A stretch of 64,000 bases of DNA from Patescibacteria group bacterium (GCA_028718605.1 JAQULM010000001.1:413719-477718), one strand, 5' to 3'. Numbered from the stretch's first letter, positions 18,455 to 28,180 are shown. The notes: generated by a model from the sequence alone, not told the origin. Made by a program: numbers and translations.

Positions 18455-19974
18455 AATTTTTTCATTATCCCCCTCGTCGCGTCCACTGCAACGCGACAGC
18501 CTGTTTTAAGAATGGTGACGGCTCTGGGCACCCCGACAATACACGGAACATTGAGCTCCCGCGATACGATTGCCGCATGGCACGTGAGGCCGCCCTCCTC
18601 GGTGATAATCGCCGCAGCCTGGCGCATCGCGGGCAACAGCGTCGGATTGGTCGCATACGAAACGAGGATTTCGCCGCGCTTGAAATCCTGCGCATCAGCA
18701 AGGCTGTTGACGGTACGTGCGGCTCCCCGCGCTGTCCCATTGCATGCAGGCGTCCCCGTGAGCTTCGAACGGTTCCGGCAGGGAGGCATCTGTATATTAT
18801 CACGGATAAATTTTTCAGCAGCGTTGCCGCTCACAATCCACCACGCACCCCGCTGGTACCTGCATATGAACAGCTGGCGGCGTCCGTTGATTTCCTTGAG
18901 ATCGGGCGCGCCCGTCTTGAGCGCTTGTGCAACCTCCTCGTGGGTCATGTACCGCACCTGGTCAACGCTCATATGGAGCCGCCCCGCAATTTCGCGGAAC
19001 AGCTTATGCATATGCCAACACGACTTGAACTGGTGCGCCTTGCGGAACGGCTGGAACCAGTATGCAAACTGGGCGATAGCGGCAAACCGGCGCTCCTGCG
19101 GGGAAAAATGTAGGTCTTTCATAATCCGCTGTTGCGTTCGGGCGAGCACCGCGGGTTCCGCTTTTTTCGTTTCATATTCCGCGCGGACATTCCCGCGGCG
19201 CAGAATATCCTGCACGAACATGATGAAATCCGCAATGTCCATCACCGGCCCTTCCCAATTGTGGAACAGCCAATGGTATGCGCGCTGTTGGCGCCGTAGC
19301 TCGCGGTACATGCGCGGATACTGCTTGCTGATTATCTCCTGAACGGCTGGGGCTGCAGTGGCCCTGAACACGCGGCTGAGCTTGGGCTGTTTGCTGACTG
19401 CATAACTTAATTTCAGGATATCGAGCGTCTGGCGGTAAAAGATCGTTGGCTTGGCCGGGACGGATAGGGCATGGAAGTATTCCGCCGCTTTTTTTGGCGC
19501 ACGGCGCTTCAGTATCTCCTTGATCGCGCCACTGAAATACGCTCGCTCGCCGAACTCAAAATTAAAAACGATATTCCCGTACGCGTAGCACGGCTCATCG
19601 AGCACGACGAAACGGCTGTAGAGCTTCGCGAGCTGTGCGTTGGCCATGGCACCGAGATCCTGCTTCCATATACGCTGGTAGGTAAATACATTCAACCGCC
19701 TGAGTGACGCCAGCGCGTTCAATTTCGTTTTTTCGACAAACCCCGGCTGGCGGACGGCCAATTGCTGGCAATGGTCTTGGAACCGATGCCAATCCGCGGG
19801 CGCCATAAAGTATTCCTGCACCTTTTCCCGGTTCACCATGCCGATTGGCGCGACCATGCCGACGTACTTCTGGTAATTCTTGCTCCAGAGCCGCACGAGG
19901 ATGAACTGGGGAAACACGCTGGTCTGCATGTCCCGCGCAATATACTCAAATTTCTTTCGTGTATGGTTTGGCAT
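18451..19974 (-). CDS. PEP-utilizer phospho-His swivel-domain protein 2
   Basis: GTPACNGTARG...GEILVSYATNP...EEGGLTCHAAIVSRELNVPCIVG; start reassigned to MPNH (19974), 4 nt after the upstream stop. Confidence 0.9.
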   Translation of the reverse strand: MPNHTRKKFEYIARDMQTSVFPQFILVRLWSKNYQKYVGMVAPIGMVNREKVQEYFMAPADWHRFQDHCQQLAVRQPGFVEKTKLNALASLRRLNVFTYQRIWKQDLGAMANAQLAKLYSRFVVLDEPCYAYGNIVFNFEFGERAYFSGAIKEILKRRAPKKAAEYFHALSVPAKPTIFYRQTLDILKLSYAVSKQPKLSRVFRATAAPAVQEIISKQYPRMYRELRRQQRAYHWLFHNWEGPVMDIADFIMFVQDILRRGNVRAEYETKKAEPAVLARTQQRIMKDLHFSPQERRFAAIAQFAYWFQPFRKAHQFKSCWHMHKLFREIAGRLHMSVDQVRYMTHEEVAQALKTGAPDLKEINGRRQLFICRYQRGAWWIVSGNAAEKFIRDNIQMPPCRNRSKLTGTPACNGTARGAARTVNSLADAQDFKRGEILVSYATNPTLLPAMRQAAAIITEEGGLTCHAAIVSRELNVPCIVGVPRAVTILKTGCRVAVDATRGIMKKL

Positions 19975-19978
19975 ACCG

Positions 19979-21511
19979 TTATTGTACGCGTTTAATAATG
20001 CCTTTTCCCGCATCAACGGAAACCTTATCATCATCTTTTAAAACCTTGGTGGCAATTTTCGTGCCAATGACGCACGGCACTCCCAATTCCCGTGAAACAA
20101 TTGCCGCATGGGAGGTAATGCCGCCGGCGTCCGTAATGATCGCCCGCGCCCTGCGCATTGCGGGGACCAATTCAGGCGATGTTGCCGGTGAAACAATGAT
20201 ATCGCCAGCATTAAATTTCGGCAAATCACTCGCGTTCCGCAATATTTTTACGTGGCCTTCTGCCTTTCCGGCGCAGGCGCACATGCCGTGGAGCTCCTGG
20301 ACCGAGCCCTTCACCTGTAGCGAACGGTTAATCTCGGAAATAATTGCACGTGCTTCCCCGAACGGCAGCACCTTCCAGCGCATACCGTCAATCCACACAA
20401 CGGTTTGCTGCGCACGTCTGCGTAGATACGGGCGTGACAATTTTCCGGCGATCGCCGTGTACATTTCCCAGTGCGATAACGTTTGCGCTTCGGCAAGTGA
20501 AATGCCGAGGCGTTTGCTGATTTCAACAACCAACTCATGTACGAGGTACTGGCACCGCACCATCAGCTTTTTGCGCCAGCGTTTCAGGCCGGCAAGCTCG
20601 CGCAACAGTACGAAAAGTGTGCGGTGCTCCGCGTCGACTCCTGCGCGCTTGAACCACACGACCTGCTGCTGTCGAATGGCCTTATTGGCGGCGATTAAAT
20701 CACGCCGCTTGCGCTGCAGCAATGTTTTGGATAACTTCAGGTGCCGGAAAAAATCGTCAATAGTTTCGGCAAACGGCTTTTTCGGGCCGCTATACCCGTA
20801 CGACAAATATGAAAATCGGCCATGGTACCTCTCCAGCGTGAGTAATAATTCCGGATTCCTGGCCTGGCAATACCGCACGCACGCATCAACCGATTTCCTC
20901 GACGATGCAGGTACGACCTGCCGGAATTTCAAAGCAATCTCAATAAGCTTAATTTCCGTCGTACGGTTCTCGTTCACGCCCGTCGGCGTGGTGAGCACGG
21001 TAAAAATCGTGCCGACGTCATTCGCATACCGTGGCGGCACCGTGCCCTTCAAATACTCGTACAGCGGGCCTGACAGCAGCGGCTCCTCGAATTCCAGTAC
21101 TGTGCCGTACGTGCTCGCCGACAGCGTACGGAGCGCCAGCCCAGTCCAGCGTTCATATATGCGCAACAGTTCTGCGTCGGTCAATGCGGACAGGTCAGCG
21201 CCGGCAACCTGCTGCGAAAAACGTAAAATCAAACGCGCCTGCTGCCGCGTCGTGTGCCACATCCAGCGGAGAAATCGCGGATCCTTCCGCAGCTTCTGGA
21301 GTATCGCCTTTCCTGGCGTGGCAAAGCCGCCCTTCACCACGCATTCGCGGACAGACCGGCCGTGGTACACAAGTGCAATCGGGCCTGCGTGCGCGCCAAT
21401 CCGATTGCACGCCTGCGCCGCGCCGATGTAATACAATGACATGGGGAAATTCGCAGCCGGTTCCTCGTCGAGCTGCACCCACTGCCGATTTTGCCGCCGA
21501 ACAATCGCCAT
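19979..21511 (-). CDS. PEP-utilizer phospho-His swivel-domain protein 3
   Basis: GMCACAGKAEG...GDIIVSPATSP...DAGGITSHAAIVSRELGVPCVIGTKIATK. Confidence 0.9.
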   Translation of the reverse strand: MAIVRRQNRQWVQLDEEPAANFPMSLYYIGAAQACNRIGAHAGPIALVYHGRSVRECVVKGGFATPGKAILQKLRKDPRFLRWMWHTTRQQARLILRFSQQVAGADLSALTDAELLRIYERWTGLALRTLSASTYGTVLEFEEPLLSGPLYEYLKGTVPPRYANDVGTIFTVLTTPTGVNENRTTEIKLIEIALKFRQVVPASSRKSVDACVRYCQARNPELLLTLERYHGRFSYLSYGYSGPKKPFAETIDDFFRHLKLSKTLLQRKRRDLIAANKAIRQQQVVWFKRAGVDAEHRTLFVLLRELAGLKRWRKKLMVRCQYLVHELVVEISKRLGISLAEAQTLSHWEMYTAIAGKLSRPYLRRRAQQTVVWIDGMRWKVLPFGEARAIISEINRSLQVKGSVQELHGMCACAGKAEGHVKILRNASDLPKFNAGDIIVSPATSPELVPAMRRARAIITDAGGITSHAAIVSRELGVPCVIGTKIATKVLKDDDKVSVDAGKGIIKRVQ

Positions 21512-21516
21512 ACTCC

Positions 21517-22107
21517 CTACGAATACTTTTTTAACAGCAACCTCCCTGCCTCGCGGATACCCTCAATGCGGTAAAAAATAAACTTGTCCTGGGTAGTGAT
21601 GCCCCACTCAAGTATAACATTTTTAAGCGCCAACTTCCGCACTGCCTGCAGTACTGTCGTACGCTGCCCCGGCGTAAGCGTTGCGCGGTCGCCAACGGTG
21701 CTGGCGAGGCGGAGCTTTGCGTCATAATAGTACGCGGCATCTACCTTGCCGTGCCGCATCAGGTCAACAACAGCGCCCTTCACTGTTTCGATAACGGCAC
21801 GGTGCTTTTCAATGAGCAAGGTGCCCGCGCGCTTCCACTTCCACGACGGGTAGACAACGAAAAGTGCCCTGCCACCAAGCTGCTTTTGGAATTTATCGAT
21901 CGTCGAAGGCACCTGGTTTTTTGGCAGCCAATTCGTATAGACATTTTTCCATGCGCCCTTGGTAACGGCAACGGTACGGATCGTCCAACCAACGTAGTCT
22001 TTGATACCGAAAAACTTCTCCAAGTCGCGCGACGTACGGACAAATTCCCACTCCGGGTGGGGCAGTTTTGCGCGGTCAATGAGTTGGAGGCCATGGAGGA
22101 TCGTCAT
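21517..22107 (-). CDS. Miniature degenerate PPDK_N-like ATP-grasp protein
   Basis: Colinear similarity to the 11192..12151 product: GWTIRT~VAVRSS, AVIETVKGAVVDLMRHG~MVIEAGFGLGEAIVSG, ILEWGITTQDKFIFYRI~DIEWAIEKKKIYITQTR; coupled by an ATGA overlap. Confidence 0.55.
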   Translation of the reverse strand: MTILHGLQLIDRAKLPHPEWEFVRTSRDLEKFFGIKDYVGWTIRTVAVTKGAWKNVYTNWLPKNQVPSTIDKFQKQLGGRALFVVYPSWKWKRAGTLLIEKHRAVIETVKGAVVDLMRHGKVDAAYYYDAKLRLASTVGDRATLTPGQRTTVLQAVRKLALKNVILEWGITTQDKFIFYRIEGIREAGRLLLKKYS

Positions 22108-22727
22108 ATGAGCTGCCGTAATTCGTCAATCTCCCGAAATACGTAGTCCGGTTTTTCTTTCAGCAATTCCTGCTCGCGCTTATAGCCCCACGTGACAGCG
22201 CCAGTCAGGATTCCCTCCCGCTTCCCAACTTTAACTTCATGCGCGGTGTCGCCGATAAATATCGTTTCCTGGCGGTTCAGATGGTGCCGCTGGATCGCAC
22301 TTTCAATAACCCGAGCTTTGTCATGAATATCATAAACGATCTCATTGAAAACGCGCTCGAGGCCAAACTTTTTCAATTCCGGAAAAATCGTTTCTTTGAT
22401 GTCGCCACTGATGACGATCATGTATTTTCCGGCGTGGTGCAATGCACGAATACTATCGATAATGCCGGGAAAAGGGTTCGCAGGGGGCCGGCGCAGTATT
22501 TCCCGATGAAAAATCGCCGACTCCTCCTCGAGCGTCAGGTTGGGCAGGTATTTTTGGTAAAAAAGGATATACGGCTGGTCCCATGCTTCACGAAATTCCT
22601 CGAGTGAAATCCGCGGGGCTTTGTAGGTATCAAAAACAACCATCGCGACATCATAGACGTTCTGGATGTTGTCGCTGATGACCCCCGCCCAGTCGAAAAT
22701 GATATTCTGAACCTTCGGTACGCTCAT
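22104..22727 (-). CDS. HAD-superfamily hydrolase (phosphoglycolate phosphatase-like)
   Basis: IIFDWAGV, PFPGI, VISG, HDK, FIGDTAHEV, AVTWG...KPDYV. Confidence 0.88.
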   Translation of the reverse strand: MSVPKVQNIIFDWAGVISDNIQNVYDVAMVVFDTYKAPRISLEEFREAWDQPYILFYQKYLPNLTLEEESAIFHREILRRPPANPFPGIIDSIRALHHAGKYMIVISGDIKETIFPELKKFGLERVFNEIVYDIHDKARVIESAIQRHHLNRQETIFIGDTAHEVKVGKREGILTGAVTWGYKREQELLKEKPDYVFREIDELRQLI

Positions 22728-24343
22728 AATTTTTTCACGATCCCTTTTGTCGCATCGACCTCCACCGTATCACCGTCCTGGAAGACCTTTGTCGCAATTT
22801 TCGTGCCGATGACGCAGGGAATTTTTAACTCACGGGACACAATCGCCGCATGCGACGTGACGCCTCCCTGCTCCGTGACAATCGCCGCGGCTTTTTTCAT
22901 TGCCGGCACGATGTCGGGGTCAGTAGCGATTGAAACAAGAATGTCCCCTTTCTGCATCTTTGCCATGTCTTTTGGCCGTATGATAATTCGTACAACGCCG
23001 GTTGCCCTGCCGACGCAACCGACCTGGCCGGAAATTTCACGCACGCCGGTAGCTACGGAACGAGTTGCAGTCCGCGCGAGGCGTTGCGCCTTGGCACCAC
23101 TAAAAACCCCCTCGGAGCCACGTTCGTAATAATACACGGCAAGCGCTGGGCGCTTGCGCAACGCTGCACGGTTCAACCTCCCGCGCATGAGTGCGGCGTG
23201 CACCTCGTCGCGCAGCATGAAACGCACCTCTCGTAATGAAAGCTTCAGCCGCCGCGCGATTTCCTGCACCACCGGCTGCATCCGGTAAATGGCGTAGATC
23301 TGGGCATAGCGCCGGTAAATCTTGGTTACCATGAAATCGCCCCACTCGCTGAACACCGAGCGCCACGGATTGCGGATTTTGAGCTTCCGCACCAGCGCGG
23401 CTTGTTTTATTTTTTGGTTGTTAAATTCCGTCCGTATCCGCGCCAGCTCGCGGCTGGGATTCACGCCCGTGCCGATCAGCTTTACGAGCTCTTTGAGGTA
23501 ATGCTCGAATGTATACACCCCTTCCTTGCCGATCCACATGAACTTCACGTAGAAATACCGGCGGTAGTGCTGCTCGATGCGCTTCAGGATCGATGGCTTG
23601 ATAATATCTTTAATTCGTTCCGCGCGCTCTTCGAGCAGCCGTTCGTACTCCGGCGTGTGGGTTTTGAAGCCGTACGGCGCCGCGTCCTGCTCAAGGAATG
23701 ATTTATACAAATTGCGGAACACGCGTTGCTGTTTCCGGTCGCGGCAGATGCCTGCGGCCAGTCCCAGGAATTGCTCCCGTTCAATCTGTATCAGCGATTT
23801 TAAGCGCGGCTGCGTTAAAATGACGAGGCACTCATTGACTTTTTTTTCAGGGACGAGCCTACGCAAATACCCCTTGAGCCGGTTTGTCAGGTTGTCGTGG
23901 AACATGTCGGCTGCAACGGGAATCCAGCCCCACTGGTAGTACTGCGTGTGCACTGCGTCATGGCGCCGGTACCAATCCCACAGCTGGCGGTTGGAAAGGC
24001 GCTCGAGGTGGTCTTCGGGAATTGTGCCTGCGAACCTACGCAGTGTATCAGACCATCGGACGATGCCGCGGTTCACCTGACGGGCGAAGGACGGATTGCT
24101 GACGATGCGCTCGGCAATATGCTCACCAACGCGGTTCGAATCCTCCTCGCCATAATAAAACCACAGGTGGTACCCCCGGAACACCGCGAGCAATTTTTTA
24201 TACCGGGCACCAGCCGGGTGTGCAAATTCGTTGACAAAGCAGGACTGCCAGATCTGCGCGAAGAACGGGTCCATGTCCGGGATGTCCTCGGCAAGTATCC
24301 ACGGGTCTGTATCCGCAAGGTAATTGAGCCGCTTTTTTGCCAT
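22724..24343 (-). CDS. PEP-utilizer phospho-His swivel-domain protein 4
   Basis: GQVGCVGRATG...GDILVSIATDP...EQGGVTSHAAIVSRELKIPCVIGTKIATK; start reassigned to MAKKR (24343) by alignment with the 25116..25382 paralog. Confidence 0.9.
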   Translation of the reverse strand: MAKKRLNYLADTDPWILAEDIPDMDPFFAQIWQSCFVNEFAHPAGARYKKLLAVFRGYHLWFYYGEEDSNRVGEHIAERIVSNPSFARQVNRGIVRWSDTLRRFAGTIPEDHLERLSNRQLWDWYRRHDAVHTQYYQWGWIPVAADMFHDNLTNRLKGYLRRLVPEKKVNECLVILTQPRLKSLIQIEREQFLGLAAGICRDRKQQRVFRNLYKSFLEQDAAPYGFKTHTPEYERLLEERAERIKDIIKPSILKRIEQHYRRYFYVKFMWIGKEGVYTFEHYLKELVKLIGTGVNPSRELARIRTEFNNQKIKQAALVRKLKIRNPWRSVFSEWGDFMVTKIYRRYAQIYAIYRMQPVVQEIARRLKLSLREVRFMLRDEVHAALMRGRLNRAALRKRPALAVYYYERGSEGVFSGAKAQRLARTATRSVATGVREISGQVGCVGRATGVVRIIIRPKDMAKMQKGDILVSIATDPDIVPAMKKAAAIVTEQGGVTSHAAIVSRELKIPCVIGTKIATKVFQDGDTVEVDATKGIVKKL

Positions 24344-24355
24344 AGTATTAGCGTA

Positions 24356-24385
24356 AGTATACCTATTTTTCAATCACTTCTGCAA
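24356..24385 (-). promoter_or_regulatory. Promoter of the swivel4-HAD-miniATPgrasp-swivel3-swivel2-HAD-swivel1 operon
   Basis: TTGCAG-18 nt-TATACT, with -10 12 nt before the ATG; the same layout recurs at 25395-25424. Confidence 0.55.
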
Positions 24386-24550
24386 ATAAAAATCCACCCA
24401 AAAACCTTCGATAGATATCCATTGAAACCATACCCGGATTATGCCGCCGTTTGAAAAATGGTACCCTTGACTGAACCATATATTTCGGTATATTCAAGCT
24501 ACAAACAGCTCATTGGCAAAAGGGGGGCCAAGAAAACCGGGAGGTATTGT

Positions 24551-25006
24551 ATGGAGTACTATCTGTATGTGGATTTAGAACAAGCGTACTGGGAAATCAC
24601 CTTTGCATTCGGTGAAAACCAACAACCGAGTACTGTCTGGCCACTTCTACTGGGCAAATGTATACCCAAAAACGCGAAGCAAGTTGCCTGTGATGGCGGT
24701 CAGTCATATTTTGACTTCGTGTATGAGACCGAAAGGGTAGTCCTGTGTTTTTGGGAGGCAGGCGAGTTTATCATTTTCCTCCGCCATCTGAAGGGGGACG
24801 ATAAGGCGTACGTCACTTTCATACGCGAACTAAAAGACCCCGGCCTAGCAGAGCAGTACGCAAGCCAGGCAACGGACCTTTTCAAGCCCATGCTCCAAAT
24901 GACGGCTTCACGGCAGCTCGAAATGCTGGCAGATGACCCGATAATTAGTTTGCTGCGGGAAGCGTACATTCTCTCCTCTCTTCCAGTCTCAACATCAACT
25001 CAATGA
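24551..25006 (+). CDS. Hypothetical protein
   Basis: GGAGG SD before the ATG at 24551 (MEYYLYV...); followed by a hairpin terminator. Confidence 0.6.
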   Translation: MEYYLYVDLEQAYWEITFAFGENQQPSTVWPLLLGKCIPKNAKQVACDGGQSYFDFVYETERVVLCFWEAGEFIIFLRHLKGDDKAYVTFIRELKDPGLAEQYASQATDLFKPMLQMTASRQLEMLADDPIISLLREAYILSSLPVSTSTQ

Positions 25007-25016
25007 AACTGATGCC

Positions 25017-25044
25017 AAACCGCCTGGGTTCCCTGGGCGGTTTT
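25017..25044. terminator. Probable terminator between convergent genes
   Basis: AAACCGCC...GGCGGTTTT inverted repeat. Confidence 0.6.
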
Positions 25045-25115
25045 CAATTGTGGGGGCCGGGCAACGAATGGAGTGGGTGCTGCAGCACGCTTCCATAAAT
25101 CACCAACGTGGAAAA

Positions 25116-25382
25116 TTAAAACCTCCTGTAAACTTTAAAAGGATTCTGTGAAGCAATATGCTCGCCAACGCGGTTTGAATCCTCGTGGCCATAATAAAAC
25201 CACAGGTGATACCCACGGAATATCGATACCAACTTTTGATACCGAACGCCTGACGGTTTAATAAACTCATTCACGAAGCAGGACTGCCAGACCTGCGCAA
25301 AAAACGGGTCCATATCCGGGATGTCCTCGGCAAGCATCCACGGGTCTGTATCATGCAGGTATTTCAATGGCTTTTGAGGCAT
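25116..25382 (-). pseudogene. Truncated duplicate of swivel-domain protein 4 (N-terminal 77 aa only)
   Basis: 61/77 aa identical to the N-terminus of 22724..24343; similarity stops after RVGEHIA and a stop follows 11 codons later. Confidence 0.85.
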
Positions 25383-25394
25383 AGAATTACCGTT

Positions 25395-25424
25395 AGTATA
25401 CTCGGTTTAACTGCACATTCGCAA
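25395..25424 (-). promoter_or_regulatory. Duplicated promoter upstream of the truncated copy
   Basis: TTGCGA-18 nt-TATACT-12 nt-ATG, paralogous to 24356-24385. Confidence 0.5.
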
Positions 25425-25463
25425 ATCAAAAACAGCCCCTAAAAAGGCCTTCCGCTGAAATAA

Positions 25464-26993
25464 TTACTTAATCCTGCGGACGATCCCCTCATTGGCATTC
25501 ACCTCAACCCGATCGCCGTCTTTGAATATGTCGGTCGCCACCTTTGTACCAATAACGCAGGGGATATCAAACTCGCGGGACACAACAGCGGCATGGCTGC
25601 AGATGCCACCCTCATTGGTAACAATCGCCCCTGCTTTCCTGCACGCGGTAATAATCTCTGGCCTGGTCTGGCCCGCGACGAGGATGTCACCCTTTTTCAT
25701 CTCGTCAATTTGTGGGGCGAGCGGCTTGTCGTACGTGATAACCTTCACGCGACCGACTGTCCTGCCCGGCGAACCAATTTCCCCATGCACCTCGCCGGTT
25801 CTTTCAACGCGCGAGTGCTCGCGGACGTACCGAACCAAGTTGCGGGCTTTCAAGCCGGTGTATAGTTCCAGCTTGAAATTGTGCAGCCAGAGTACGTACA
25901 GCGTTTTCCGTTTGCGGAGATCGGCGGCTGGCAATTGCTTACCGTGGATGAGGCAATCAACAATCTCTGTGGTAAGGCAGAACTGGGAGAGCTCCGGATT
26001 GATCTTCGACCGGCGCGCAGCCTCGTGGTACAGGCGCATGCCAAAGTGCATTCCCTGTGTCCAGCAAAACCGGATGCAGAAGCGGGTGTACGCGTACTCC
26101 TGGAGCATCGCAACCAACCGTCGGTAGGTTGGACTCACCCGGTACTGCGCCAGTAAACGTTTATTTTCACGAATTACCGTGCGCTGGCGCGACTCCAGCT
26201 CATGGAGTTTGGATTTCAACTCACGTGGCTGCTGGTGGAGCATGGTTTGGAGATTTCGGACACAGTCGAGCACGGTGTACGGCTGGAGGTTGCTGTCCGC
26301 GGTGAGCCATTCGTACTGCTGCTGGTGCACTGCAATTTTCTGGAATAGGCCCGGGTACTTCTTTTTAATCACCGCTGCGGCGCGCTGCGGACCAATGTCT
26401 TTTAATTTTTTAATAAAAGCACCATGCTTTTGCGCCTCCAGCACAATTCGTATCCACTCAATTTCTTCTTGCTCGAATTCGAACCGCTTCACCGGCCGGA
26501 CGAGCGAGCGGAGCACATCCTCACGCTTCACGGTGTTTGAAACCTTCCCGGCCAAGTACTGGCGCAGCTCCTGCTCGACGCCGATCGTGTACCAGTTGAC
26601 CGAGGTCTGGAACCGGCCGTAGACATTTATCAACGTTTTCAAGTATCGCTGCGCGAACAAACCAAGCTGACGAGTCGGTACGTTTGCGACGTCCAACTTT
26701 TTCAATTCGCTAATCTCACGGTACATCCGCCGCAGGACGCGCCACGTTTCAACGAGATCGGCCCTGACGAACGGTGGATTGGTCAGGTTGCGGTAGCCGA
26801 CTGTCGCGATGCGTGGCAGGTCCGCCTCGTCCATGAACGCCTGGATCTTGTTCCGCTCAGAAAGAAAAATGAAGTCGCGCGACCCGAAGCCGTGGATCTT
26901 TTGGTTCCACAGAGTATTGCCCCAGGCAGCGATCTCCGTGCGGAGCATGTAGTTTCGTACCTCGAACATCCGTTTGTACCGTTGTGCTGCCAT
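25464..26993 (-). CDS. PEP-utilizer phospho-His swivel-domain protein 5
   Basis: GEIGSPGRTVG...GDILVAGQTRP...NEGGICSHAAVVSREFDIPCVIGTKVAT. Confidence 0.9.
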   Translation of the reverse strand: MAAQRYKRMFEVRNYMLRTEIAAWGNTLWNQKIHGFGSRDFIFLSERNKIQAFMDEADLPRIATVGYRNLTNPPFVRADLVETWRVLRRMYREISELKKLDVANVPTRQLGLFAQRYLKTLINVYGRFQTSVNWYTIGVEQELRQYLAGKVSNTVKREDVLRSLVRPVKRFEFEQEEIEWIRIVLEAQKHGAFIKKLKDIGPQRAAAVIKKKYPGLFQKIAVHQQQYEWLTADSNLQPYTVLDCVRNLQTMLHQQPRELKSKLHELESRQRTVIRENKRLLAQYRVSPTYRRLVAMLQEYAYTRFCIRFCWTQGMHFGMRLYHEAARRSKINPELSQFCLTTEIVDCLIHGKQLPAADLRKRKTLYVLWLHNFKLELYTGLKARNLVRYVREHSRVERTGEVHGEIGSPGRTVGRVKVITYDKPLAPQIDEMKKGDILVAGQTRPEIITACRKAGAIVTNEGGICSHAAVVSREFDIPCVIGTKVATDIFKDGDRVEVNANEGIVRRIK

Positions 26994-27877
26994 TACGGAG
27001 CCTCCTCATACCGATGCGCCTCTATGTACGCCTGGCTTAGACGTTTAAGTTCCTCCATATCGATGCGCCACTTCAAGCCCTTCAGGCGCTCGATATCTCC
27101 GAACCGAGGCACGACGGTTTTCTCACCCTTCTGGTCAATCGTGACGTCCAGCTCGACGAACTCAACGGGTTTGAACGATCCGCCGATCTCCTCTACGCCC
27201 TGGAACCCCCGGCGCTCCTCGCCCGTCTCGGGGTCCTCGATAATCAGACACTTACTCAGGAAGCAGGTGAGGGGCGTATTGTGAGATACGTCCACGAGCA
27301 CTGCCCGAGAACCGCTCTTGAGGTGATCAGCCATCCGTATCTGCGTATCGACAAAGTGCCCGATATTACTCGCTGCCTCTTCCGTATACACGGGATCCTG
27401 CAGCGCCTTGTTGCACAGGAAATCCTCGGCTTCCTGCATAGCCCGCAGTTGCACGTCTGGCGCCAACGAATCAAACTGCGGGTAGTGTTCCTCGAGGTAC
27501 TGCTTACCATACTTTACCCACCCGCCCTCCGGGAAACTCCGTATTGAAGAGTAATCAAGCTCTTTCCGCTGGCGTGGGTCGAGCTTGATGAACGTTTCAT
27601 CGGAGGCACTCCCCACAATGTTATCGCGCGTCCGGTCTGCGCGCTGCTGTCCGCTCGCATACCCCTTGAGCCCAGACTGCTCTGTGGCAGTGAACGAACG
27701 ACCGTAGTCCTTTGTGGACTGTTCACCGCGAGGGCTCAGCAAACCGTACATCTGACCTGGTTCTTTATCACCATGCCTTCCGAGCCTGATTATCAGCTGC
27801 ACGTCACGACCACGCTCCCTCGCCTCGCGATCAGGAGAGCTATTCATCCCGTATTCTATTGGTCCTCGTTCAACCAT
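26993..27877 (-). CDS. Histidine phosphatase-family protein
   Basis: IIRLGRHGDKE, LLSPRGEQ, ASGQQRADRT, VDVSHNTP; TAATG overlap with the downstream swivel gene. Confidence 0.85.
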   Translation of the reverse strand: MVERGPIEYGMNSSPDREARERGRDVQLIIRLGRHGDKEPGQMYGLLSPRGEQSTKDYGRSFTATEQSGLKGYASGQQRADRTRDNIVGSASDETFIKLDPRQRKELDYSSIRSFPEGGWVKYGKQYLEEHYPQFDSLAPDVQLRAMQEAEDFLCNKALQDPVYTEEAASNIGHFVDTQIRMADHLKSGSRAVLVDVSHNTPLTCFLSKCLIIEDPETGEERRGFQGVEEIGGSFKPVEFVELDVTIDQKGEKTVVPRFGDIERLKGLKWRIDMEELKRLSQAYIEAHRYEEAP

Positions 27878-27924
27878 ACAAATGATCTCCCTATTCCCTT
27901 ATTATACTTTCTCGCTCTTTCCGT

Positions 27925-28170
27925 TCAATACTGGCGAGGTACCGCCCGATGACAGGGAAAAATCTGCGGTTGTACTTCCGCGTAACTGACAGTGAGAGCG
28001 TACCGGCGGCAGCGGCGCACGATAAAGCGTCCTAACGGCGTGGTTATCGCCCAACACTCGTTGATTAGTCCGGTGGGAATGTACCGGTACGATCGAACGC
28101 GGCCAAGGCCGTAGCGCACCGCGACCGTGTTGAGGAAGGATTGTGCAGACCGTGCTATGTGAAATGGCAT
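27925..28170 (-). pseudogene. Fragment of an APH/homoserine kinase type II-like phosphotransferase (N-lobe only)
   Basis: VAVRYGLGRVRSYRYIPTGLINECWAITTPLGRFIVRR resembles the N-lobe of APH-family kinases; ends at 81 aa with no HGD catalytic loop; starts 10 nt after the upstream stop. Confidence 0.55.
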
Positions 28171-28180
28171 ACACGGGTAT

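Noticed and set aside
19959-21431. 490-aa plus-strand ORF
   Set aside because: It is the antisense shadow of swivel protein 3, with Ser/Arg-rich composition and no motifs. Similar shadows occur throughout (1092..1970, 10379..11377, 18434..19342, 30807..31817, 44275..45279).
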